Source: Gemmatimonadota bacterium (GTDB lineage: Bacteria; Gemmatimonadota; Gemmatimonadetes; Gemmatimonadales; GWC2-71-9). Taken from it: 10,423 nt of DNA. How positions within the stretch are numbered: the first letter of the stretch is position 1; every line of letters starts with the position of its first letter. The position numbers and the translations under genes were made by a program. Shown here piece after piece: positions 1-6,539 of the stretch. The DNA is taken from the NCBI GenBank assembly GCA_039591655.1, contig JBDHDE010000074.1:1-10423 (forward strand), in the 5' to 3' direction. The notes beneath the pieces are model-generated. The model did not search any database. It saw only the letters and a program-made list of their open reading frames with translations, and was not told the DNA's origin.

Positions 1-1751
1 GCCCTGACGCCGCCGGCGAGTCCGAGGATTAGGTTGGGATCCGGCGAGAGACTGAGCCAGACGCTCCGTTCGCTGGGAGCAGCTACACCCGGGTACTCAC
101 CTTCCCGGTCGAGTGCGTCGGTCACGATCTGGAAGTGCAGGTGGGGCGGCCATTGGCCGTTCACCTCGAACTCACCGATGCGCGCGAAGGGATCCCCCCG
201 GGCTACTTCCATGCCCGGGGCGAGGCGCAGGGCGTCCTCCCCCAGGTGTCCGTACAGGGTGTAGAACCGCGGGCCGCCGGGCGGCTCGTGCTCCAGGATG
301 ACGGTGGGTCCGTAGTCCAGAGCGGCACTGTTGTTCCTGACGCTGTGCACGCGTCCATCCAGCGGGGCGAAGACCGTCGCCCCGGGCTCGATGAAGAGAT
401 CGGCCCCGAGATGCACCGTGCGCCTCTCCGGGTGCTCGCCCGGGGGTCCTTCGAACGCGTCGGCGGTGTACACCTGCCGTGCTTCGTCGTACCGTCCGAT
501 CCCGATGCGGGCGCCGCGCGCTTCCAGCCGGTCGGATACGAATCGCGTGAACGCCGGCGTGCCGACCATGGCGGCCGCATCCTCCAGTTCCTGACTCGCA
601 ACGCTCAGGTCGAGTTGGGCAGTAGAGACGGCGGCCGGGTCCGGCTCGACCACCGGGTGGCAGTCACCGTGCTCCGTGAGCCAGCGCACCACTGCCGGGC
701 TCGTGGGGCACGGGGAGAGCCCACAGCGATCGCGCAAGACGTTCCGGACGAATCGAGGGTGTACCTCCGCCAGGCGCTCCAGGACCTCCCACGCCGGCTC
801 CTCGCTGACGAACAGGTAGTCGTCATGCGGCTCGTCCCGCTGCCGTCGTGCCGCGAGGCTCACGCTGGTGGCCAGCCGGGCGCAGGCGAGCGAGAACAGC
901 ACCTCGAGCTCGTCCTCCGTCAGAGGGTGTGTCTCTTGGTAGCCCTCCACCACGAGTGCCGCCGCCGTCACTGGGTTCGACTTGCCCAGCATCGCATAGG
1001 CGACGGCGATGGCAGGATCGCAGACGATGCGGCTCTCGTGCATGTCGCCGAGATCGATGAAGCCCGTGACCCGCCGCGGCTCTGCCGGCGATTCGCTCAC
1101 GAGCACGTTGTAGTCGTTAGCGTCGTTGTAGATGACTCCCGACCGCAGCGAAGAAAGGACCGGCTCCACCACCGTCGCCCACTGCTCCAGCACCCCCTCC
1201 AACAGCGCCCGCCGGAGAGCGTCGTCGACTGCGTCGAGGTGGCTGCGGATCATTTCGGGTGCCCGGGTCAGGTTCCACATGAATTCCGGCCGGTGTGCCG
1301 CGGGGTGGGAGAACTCGGCCAGGGTCCGGTCCATCTCCCCCAGGCGGCGTCCCAGGTCGCGCAGCAGGGCCGGTGAGTGTGGTCGTGCCTCGGCGAGCAC
1401 TCGTCCGGGAAGGAAGCTGAGCAGGCGCACGCCGTGCTTGCGGCCGCTCGCGCCTTGCACGACCGGCATCACCTCCCCGGCGAGCGTCGGGCGCAGGCGC
1501 TGGATCGGCAGGGCTTCGTTGCGCTCCGCCAACCAAGCCAGAGTTGCGTTCTGGAGCTCAAGATGATCGGGGTCCTCCTCTGCTCCGGAGATCTTGAGGA
1601 CCCATCGGTCGCCGGCGGGAGTGGTCAGACGGAAGTTCTGGTCGCGCTCGCTGGGAAGAGGTGCGAGATCCCCAGTGAGTCCGTAGAGCTTCTCGGCGAG
1701 ATGCGCAGCCTCCGGAGGATCGAGTGTGGGACGTTGCGAGCTGAGGGGCAT
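1..1751 (-). CDS. Aminoglycoside-phosphotransferase/hydroxylysine-kinase-like domain fused to an M23 peptidase-like domain; 3'-truncated by the window edge, probably continuing into a class-III PLP aminotransferase/phospho-lyase domain
   Basis: Manual translation from ATG 1751 (MPLSSQRPTLDPPEAAHLAEKLYGL...) stays open to the window edge, which is why the ORF track omits it. Kinase motifs: SERDQNFRL, VLKIS, GVIYNDANDYNVLV, IDLGD. M23 motifs: TVHLGADLF, YGHL, WPPHLHFQ. The C-terminal PLP domain is inferred from the known architecture and is not visible here. Confidence 0.88.
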   Translation of the reverse strand, partial: MPLSSQRPTLDPPEAAHLAEKLYGLTGDLAPLPSERDQNFRLTTPAGDRWVLKISGAEEDPDHLELQNATLAWLAERNEALPIQRLRPTLAGEVMPVVQGASGRKHGVRLLSFLPGRVLAEARPHSPALLRDLGRRLGEMDRTLAEFSHPAAHRPEFMWNLTRAPEMIRSHLDAVDDALRRALLEGVLEQWATVVEPVLSSLRSGVIYNDANDYNVLVSESPAEPRRVTGFIDLGDMHESRIVCDPAIAVAYAMLGKSNPVTAAALVVEGYQETHPLTEDELEVLFSLACARLATSVSLAARRQRDEPHDDYLFVSEEPAWEVLERLAEVHPRFVRNVLRDRCGLSPCPTSPAVVRWLTEHGDCHPVVEPDPAAVSTAQLDLSVASQELEDAAAMVGTPAFTRFVSDRLEARGARIGIGRYDEARQVYTADAFEGPPGEHPERRTVHLGADLFIEPGATVFAPLDGRVHSVRNNSAALDYGPTVILEHEPPGGPRFYTLYGHLGEDALRLAPGMEVARGDPFARIGEFEVNGQWPPHLHFQIVTDALDREGEYPGVAAPSERSVWLSLSPDPNLILGLAGGVR

Positions 1752-1760
1752 GGCTGTGAC

Positions 1761-1862
1761 TCAGCGATTCAAGATCTCGTCGTTGGGCCCATCGGCCTGG
1801 CCGGCGGCTGTCGCAGAAAGAGCGACGGTCGCCGCCACCAGGGTCCTCACTGCACGCCACAT
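1761..1862 (-). other. Possible 33-aa sORF or gene remnant with a signal-peptide-like N-terminus (MWRAVRTLVAATVALSATAAGQADGPNDEILNR)
   Basis: ATG at 1862, TGA at 1761-1763, GGGGTG shortly upstream. Basic N-region, Ala/Val/Leu-rich core, small-residue cleavage-like site. Fills most of the gap between the rhodanese and kinase genes. Confidence 0.3.
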
Positions 1863-1895
1863 ACGATCACCCCGCTGCGAGTCGGGAGCCCGTAC

Positions 1896-2303
1896 TCACC
1901 GTGCCACAGGTAACCTGTCCTGGCGCCAGGCCCGCATGTCGCCCTGGAGATGGCGCACGTTCGTGAACCCTGCCTGCTGCAGTATGTCCTGGGCCACCTG
2001 TGCCCGCGGTCCCACCTCGCAGTAAACCACCACCTCGCGCTCCCGTACTGCTGCGAGGTCGGCCAGGCGCGAGGGTATCTGGCGGTACTCGATGTTGACG
2101 GCCCCCGGCACGTGCCCTGACTGGAACTCACGAGGGGTACGGACGTCCAGCACGATGGGCGCGGGAGTGTCCTGCAGCCTGTCGAGCAGGTCCCGCTGCG
2201 CGATCACATCGCTGTTGCCGGACCGCTGGCACCCCGTGAGGAGTCCCACGAACGCTGCGAGGGCGAGTGCCCCGCGGGCGTGAGAGACGAGTCTGCCAGT
2301 CAT
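1896..2303 (-). CDS. Single-domain rhodanese (sulfurtransferase), predicted lipoprotein
   Basis: LDVRTPREFQSGHVPGAVNI, active-site loop YCEVGPRA, C-terminal HLQGDMRAW. Hydrophobic N-terminus ends in lipobox LLTG-C. ATGA overlap with the upstream gene at 2300-2303. Confidence 0.9.
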   Translation of the reverse strand: MTGRLVSHARGALALAAFVGLLTGCQRSGNSDVIAQRDLLDRLQDTPAPIVLDVRTPREFQSGHVPGAVNIEYRQIPSRLADLAAVREREVVVYCEVGPRAQVAQDILQQAGFTNVRHLQGDMRAWRQDRLPVAR

Positions 2304-2842
2304 GCAGTCACCAGGGCCAACAGGGAGAGCAGCAGCGCGAGTGCCCCGATCACGACGCTCGAGAGCAGGAGCAAGCTACCCCAAGTCATGCCCGGAACCG
2401 CGCTGTCCCGCACCAGCCAAGCCTCAATGGCTCTGGGCACCGCGGGCACTCCCGGCGCGTCGGGGTTGCCGGCGGTCCCGCCCAGCACCGCATCGAGGGT
2501 CTCCAACAGCTGCTCCGAGGTGAACGGCTTGGGCAGCGTCTTGAGGGCCCCCAGTCCCTCGGCCTCGGCCAGCAGGGCCGGGACGTCCTGGTCGATGGCG
2601 CCGGAGATTGCGACGATCCGGGCGCTCGGATCCTCGGTGCGCAGGTCCTTGATCAACCCCTGTCCGCCCTTTCCCGGCATGACGAGGTCGGTGACGACCG
2701 CATCGGCAGGGGACTGCCGGTAGAGGTGCAGCGCCGTCTCGCCGTCGGCCGCCTCCAGCACCTCGAAGCCGCTCCTCTCCAGCCGCTTCCGGAGGATTCT
2801 GCGGACCTGGTCATCGTCGTCAACGAGGAGAATACGCTTCAC
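2300..2842 (-). CDS. CheY-like response-regulator receiver domain with a Pro/Ala linker and C-terminal hydrophobic helix
   Basis: ILLVDDD acidic pocket, VVTDLVMP phosphoacceptor Asp, AISG, LPKPF Lys. Tail SLLLLSSVVIGALALLLSLLALVTA. GTG start with GGGGGA RBS-like sequence. Confidence 0.88.
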   Translation of the reverse strand: MKRILLVDDDDQVRRILRKRLERSGFEVLEAADGETALHLYRQSPADAVVTDLVMPGKGGQGLIKDLRTEDPSARIVAISGAIDQDVPALLAEAEGLGALKTLPKPFTSEQLLETLDAVLGGTAGNPDAPGVPAVPRAIEAWLVRDSAVPGMTWGSLLLLSSVVIGALALLLSLLALVTA

Positions 2843-2898
2843 GGTTCCCCCTGCGCGGCGCTCTCACGGTGCTCCGGCGTTCTCATTCTGGCTGGGGA

Positions 2899-2928
2899 AA
2901 TCTACTAGGTAAGGTGGTCGGGCGTCAT
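2899..2928 (-). promoter_or_regulatory. Candidate sigma70-type promoter for the receiver-rhodanese unit
   Basis: Minus strand ATGACG (2928-2923), 18-nt spacer, TAGATT (2904-2899), within a relatively AT-rich patch of the 108-bp intergenic gap. Confidence 0.3.
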
Positions 2929-2950
2929 TCGGTCATGTGGCGCCACCCGG

Positions 2951-3307
2951 CTACTCGCCGCCCGCTGCTTGGGCAGGAGCGAACTGCATCAGCTCGACGG
3001 GCGCGCCGTTCTCCACGATGAAGGCCACAACCACGCCGGGAGAGGGGCTGTTCGGCTCGATCAGCACCTCCTTGCCTGCTAGCTCCACCTCCAGGTCGTC
3101 TACGCGAAACGCCACGTGCGGCACGGTCTGGACCAGCTCCGGCAACGGGCAGCCGGGCTCGAAGCGCATCCACTCTACACCATACTCGCTGCTGTCGTAT
3201 CCCGAGACGTGCACCCGGAAGCGCTCCAGATAGGTCTCGTCGGGCCGCGGGACCGTGGTTGGGATGCCGATGTGGTGATACCGTCGCACCATGCTGGTCT
3301 CGGTCAT
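2951..3307 (-). CDS. VOC/glyoxalase-like small protein
   Basis: YHHIGIP...VEW...PHVAFRVDDL...VAFIVENGAPVELMQF gives the H/E/H/E pattern typical of VOC metal sites. ATGA coupling with the upstream gene at 3304-3307. Confidence 0.72.
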   Translation of the reverse strand: MTETSMVRRYHHIGIPTTVPRPDETYLERFRVHVSGYDSSEYGVEWMRFEPGCPLPELVQTVPHVAFRVDDLEVELAGKEVLIEPNSPSPGVVVAFIVENGAPVELMQFAPAQAAGGE

Positions 3308-3630
3308 GTCGCGCTCCCAGATGGCACCTGGCCGGCGTCGCGCCTATGTCGTGCCCAGGGCCTGAGCTCGAGGTACCGCTCACGTGGCTCGCAGGTGAGC
3401 CAGTCGATGCCGTGCTGCCGACACCACCAAATGTGGCCCCCGATCCCCAACGCCGGATGGCCGATGATCCAGATGAGAGACCAGTGACCCACGAGCGAGG
3501 ATAGGACGGCTGAGGCGGCGAGATAGAACGCCAACTTGCCGAAGATCTTCCACCGTGGGGCGATGAAACGACCGAGGAGGGCATACCCGGCAGCCCAAGT
3601 GAAGACCGCGACCGTGAGGTCAACCGTCAT
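3304..3630 (-). CDS. Small hypothetical membrane protein (108 aa, about 3 hydrophobic segments)
   Basis: ATG at 3630, 7 nt after the upstream stop. Hydrophobic segments are followed by GHIWWCRQHGIDWLTCEPRERYLELRPW. Fits the operon packing. Confidence 0.7.
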   Translation of the reverse strand: MTVDLTVAVFTWAAGYALLGRFIAPRWKIFGKLAFYLAASAVLSSLVGHWSLIWIIGHPALGIGGHIWWCRQHGIDWLTCEPRERYLELRPWARHRRDAGQVPSGSAT

Positions 3631-3637
3631 GGCGGGG

Positions 3638-3835
3638 TCAGTCGTGATGCTCTGCGGGCCGCAGGTGCTCGGCGCCGGGGAGCTTGTCGATGAGCTGCGC
3701 CGGATCATGGATCAGGATCGGCAGGTGCTGGGGGCAGATCCACAACCGGGCGTCCCGGTACTCCAGTGAGATGAGCGGCGTGTGGTCGGGCCCCCGTTGG
3801 CAGGCGAGGCACAGCTTGTCTGGTGCGTCGTTCAT
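3638..3835 (-). CDS. 65-aa hypothetical protein with CxxC...CxxH putative metal-binding motif
   Basis: ATG at 3835 (MNDAPDKLCLACQRG...WICPQHLPILIHDP...EHHD) fills the gap between the cupin and membrane-protein genes without overlap. Confidence 0.68.
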   Translation of the reverse strand: MNDAPDKLCLACQRGPDHTPLISLEYRDARLWICPQHLPILIHDPAQLIDKLPGAEHLRPAEHHD

Positions 3836-3869
3836 TCGGACACTCGCTTTCGGTTGTCGGCGGTTTCGA

Positions 3870-4220
3870 TCAGGTCGCGTACTCGTCGGCACCCAGGAAG
3901 TGTAGTGACACGTATGGCTCCTCACCCACCACCCAGCTGTCGTGTCCGGGCCCGATGGCGAACAGGTCGCCCGGCCCGAGCTCCAGCTCCCGCCCGTCGT
4001 CCATGGCCACCATGACCCGTCCGGACAGCACGAGGCCGACGTGATCGGTCTGACAGCTGGAGGCGCCGGTCTGCGGTCCCACGTGCTCGGACCACTTCCA
4101 GCCCGGTTCGTAGCTGGCCCGCCCGATGACGAGGTCCCCGATCTTCACCACTTCGAAGCGGCCCCTGTCGAAGTTCCGTGTCTCGTCGGGCGCGTCAAAC
4201 CGCTTGATGATCGTGTGCAC
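3870..4220 (-). CDS. Cupin-domain protein
   Basis: EPGWKWSEHV, CQTDHVGLVLSGR, ELGPGDLFAIGPGHDSWVVGEEP match cupin motifs 1 and 2. GAGAGGA RBS upstream of the GTG start. Confidence 0.85.
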   Translation of the reverse strand: MHTIIKRFDAPDETRNFDRGRFEVVKIGDLVIGRASYEPGWKWSEHVGPQTGASSCQTDHVGLVLSGRVMVAMDDGRELELGPGDLFAIGPGHDSWVVGEEPYVSLHFLGADEYAT

Positions 4221-4262
4221 GGGAATCCTCTCGAGCTCAGGGGAGACCGGCCGCGCCGGCGC

Positions 4263-4823
4263 TCAGGTGCGCTTCAGCTTCTCGAGAAAGCGCTGCCGCA
4301 GCTTGGTGACCTTCGGCGCGATGACGACCTGGCAGTACCCTTGGGTGGGGTTCCGCAGGTAGTAGTCTCGGTGGTAGTCCTCGGCCGGGTAGAACACGTC
4401 GAGCGGCGTCACCTCGGTGATGATTGTGTCGGGCCACACCCCGTCCGCTTGTACTTCGCCGATCACCCGCTCCGCCTCCGACCGCTGCTCGTCGGTGTGA
4501 TGGAAGATGGCCGACCGATACTGGGTTCCCACGTCGGGCCCCTGACGGTTCGGCGTCGTCGGGTCGTGCAGCGTGAAGAACACCTCGAGCAGCTCGGCGT
4601 AGGAGATGACTCCGGGATCGAACGTGATCTGCACGGCCTCCGCATGTCCGGTGGTGCCGCTGCAGACCTGCTCGTAGGAAGGCTGGGACACGTGGCCGCC
4701 CGAGTAGCCGGACTGTACCCGTTCCACGCCGCGCAGCTCCTGGAATACGGCCTCCAGGCACCAGAAGCATCCTCCGGCCAGGGTCGCGACCTGACGTTCG
4801 CTTGGGGGGGAGGTGTCACTCAT
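4263..4823 (-). CDS. msrA: Peptide-methionine (S)-S-oxide reductase MsrA
   Basis: AGGCFWC catalytic motif, YEQVCSGTTGHAEAVQ, HDPTTPNRQGPDVGTQYRSAIF, FYPAEDYHRDY, GYC resolving Cys. Confidence 0.97.
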   Translation of the reverse strand: MSDTSPPSERQVATLAGGCFWCLEAVFQELRGVERVQSGYSGGHVSQPSYEQVCSGTTGHAEAVQITFDPGVISYAELLEVFFTLHDPTTPNRQGPDVGTQYRSAIFHHTDEQRSEAERVIGEVQADGVWPDTIITEVTPLDVFYPAEDYHRDYYLRNPTQGYCQVVIAPKVTKLRQRFLEKLKRT

Positions 4824-4825
4824 GT

Positions 4826-4926
4826 TTGAGAGGACCCATGATCCTCAAGCACCGAGCCTGATGGCGGAAAGCTGTGCCTGCACCATCGACACAAAGAGTC
4901 GTGCATGGGATGCAGCGCCGAAGGCG
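4826..4926. repeat. Run of five adjacent short inverted repeats in the hcrB-like/msrA intergenic region
   Basis: 4826-4848 ttgagaggacc-cat-gatcctcaa; 4860-4887 gatggcg...caccatc; 4887-4901 cgac-acaaaga-gtcg; 4902-4914 tgcat-ggg-atgca; 4916-4926 cgcc-gaa-ggcg. Confidence 0.4.
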
Positions 4927-4929
4927 GGC

Positions 4930-5928
4930 TCAGCGTGCCACGTGCCGCGCTCGCAACTCCTGGAGCGCGCCCCGCACGTAGTTCCGCGTCATCTCCTTCC
5001 GCCACGCCAGCCCGAAATCGGTGTTGTCCATCGGTTTGGAAGGCTTGAAGGCGGCTGCGGCGGCCGCCTCGATGGCGTCGTCCTCCAGCTCCGTGCCGAC
5101 GACAGCCCCGGCTGCAGCCGGCACCGGCATCGGATAGCTGGCCACCGCTCCCAGAACGACTCGTGCATCGGCCACCAGGTCTCCGTCCCATCTGATCCAT
5201 GCAGCCACGCCGAGGACCGGAAAGTCGAACGACCCTCGCCGTCGCAGCTTCCAGTAGGTCGCGTCCCATCCGTCCGGCGGAGGCAGGCGGACTTCGGTGA
5301 GGATCTCGTCCGGGTGTTTGGCCAGATAGCGGATCCCGTCGTCGTTGAAGAAATCGGATGCGGGGATCGCACGCTCATCGTCGGTGCCGGCGAGCACGAA
5401 CTCGGCCCCCAGTGCCACCGCAACCGGGGCCGTGTCGCTGGAGTTGACGGCCCAGCAGCGGGGACTCGCCGGCGCCACCCAGCAAATCTCACCGTCCCGC
5501 TTCATACAGAAGTCGATGGCCTTCCGCCACTCATATGTCTGATTGTAGTAGTTGCACCGCGTGTCGAGGCAGAGGTTACCACCGAACGTTCCCATGTTTC
5601 GCAGCAGCGGCGTGCTCACCAGCTCCGCGGCCCTCGTCAGAGCCGGATAGCCTAGCGGGAGACGGCGGTGGGTGTGCACTTGCGTGAGGGTCACGCCGGC
5701 CCCGATCGCCACCTCCGAGCCGCCAGTTCCCCCGGTGATCCGGCGCAAGGCCCGGATGCCGGCGAGGGAGATCACGACTCTCGGCGTCTGGTGGCGCCGC
5801 TTCATGTTGGGATACAAATCGGTCCCGCCCGCCACGTACATCCCGTCCGGGCCCGCGTCGTGCTTCATCCGAAGCGCCTGTCGCACGCTCTTGGGCTCGA
5901 GGTAAGTGAACTCGGGAAGTCGCAGCAC
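4930..5928 (-). CDS. Xanthine-dehydrogenase-family FAD subunit with [4Fe-4S] insertion (4-hydroxybenzoyl-CoA reductase beta/HcrB-like)
   Basis: FAD motifs AGGTDL and LRNMGTFGGNLC. Insertion C-x15-C-x7-C-x8-C at 5455-5556 (TRCNYYNQTYEWRKAIDFCMKRDGEICWVAPASPRC). C-terminal KLRRRGSFDF. Confidence 0.92.
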   Translation of the reverse strand: MLRLPEFTYLEPKSVRQALRMKHDAGPDGMYVAGGTDLYPNMKRRHQTPRVVISLAGIRALRRITGGTGGSEVAIGAGVTLTQVHTHRRLPLGYPALTRAAELVSTPLLRNMGTFGGNLCLDTRCNYYNQTYEWRKAIDFCMKRDGEICWVAPASPRCWAVNSSDTAPVAVALGAEFVLAGTDDERAIPASDFFNDDGIRYLAKHPDEILTEVRLPPPDGWDATYWKLRRRGSFDFPVLGVAAWIRWDGDLVADARVVLGAVASYPMPVPAAAGAVVGTELEDDAIEAAAAAAFKPSKPMDNTDFGLAWRKEMTRNYVRGALQELRARHVAR

Positions 5929-5937
5929 GCCTCGCCG

Positions 5938-6510
5938 TCACTCCTTCCAGCGGATGTCGAACTCCACCGCCCAATCCCCACTGGGCAAGAGTCGCCGATT
6001 GCGTTCCGCGACCCGGACGGCCCGGCCGCCCGAGAGGGTCACAGCCTTGGTCGAGTAGCCGAGGCAGGCCGGCCCCAACCAGTCGAGGAACATCTCCGGT
6101 AGCTCGAACCTCACCTGCGCCGAGCCCTTCTCAGCCTTCGGGACCTCGACCTTGCCCACGACGAAGAACCGGGTCCACAGCTTGGGGTAATTGCCGATCA
6201 CGAACGAGGGATTCGCGAATCTGAAGAAGATCTTGTACACCGCGCTGAGACTACGGTCGGCGATGTACTCGTACATCCTGGCAAGCTCACGATCGTCACC
6301 CGCGCCGGTCTCGGCCGCAACGGCTGCGGCCATGGCCTTGAACGCGGTGAACGAGTACGCACCGAACGGAACCAGCACCCCGGTCCACACTTTCGCGTTT
6401 TGCTCATGAAGTCGCTGGAGGGCGTGGCGCCACACGTCCTCGCCGTGCTTCTCGAGGATGTACTCCTTCGCGAACACGAAATTGACGCCCTTCGCGACTT
6501 CGTCGTCCAT
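5938..6510 (-). CDS. Hypothetical protein, H-NOX/V4R-like fold (possibly DUF2378-like), apparently lacking the heme ligands
   Basis: N-terminal KGVNFVFAKEYILEKHGEDVW, PFGAYS, YKIFF and C-terminal VEFDIRW follow the H-NOX/V4R pattern. ATG 6510 has a GGGAG RBS. An alternative ATG at 6540 overlaps the upstream stop (TGATG). Confidence 0.7.
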   Translation of the reverse strand: MDDEVAKGVNFVFAKEYILEKHGEDVWRHALQRLHEQNAKVWTGVLVPFGAYSFTAFKAMAAAVAAETGAGDDRELARMYEYIADRSLSAVYKIFFRFANPSFVIGNYPKLWTRFFVVGKVEVPKAEKGSAQVRFELPEMFLDWLGPACLGYSTKAVTLSGGRAVRVAERNRRLLPSGDWAVEFDIRWKE

Positions 6511-6539
6511 GGCGCTCCCGCGGGTCGGCGAGTGCTCCA

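Noticed and set aside
1761..1898. Selenocysteine or recoded TGA joining the rhodanese, sORF and kinase
   Set aside because: Neither TGA falls at a Cys-equivalent catalytic position, no SECIS-like hairpin was recognised, and TGA is the normal stop for most genes in this window.
135..1913. Long plus-strand ORFs 135-1376 (413 aa) and 1377-1913
   Set aside because: They are antisense shadows, in codon register with the minus-strand kinase-M23 gene, and show no recognisable motifs. This is typical of high-GC DNA.
1896..2303. Rhodanese as sulfur donor for the Mo=S ligand
   Set aside because: It has a lipoprotein signal, whereas the Mo enzyme subunits show no Tat or Sec signal. Sulfuration in this family normally uses XdhC plus a cysteine desulfurase.
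4824..4929. Moco or SAM riboswitch, or Rho-independent terminator
   Set aside because: I could not match the conserved cores of these riboswitches by eye, and no U-tract follows any stem.
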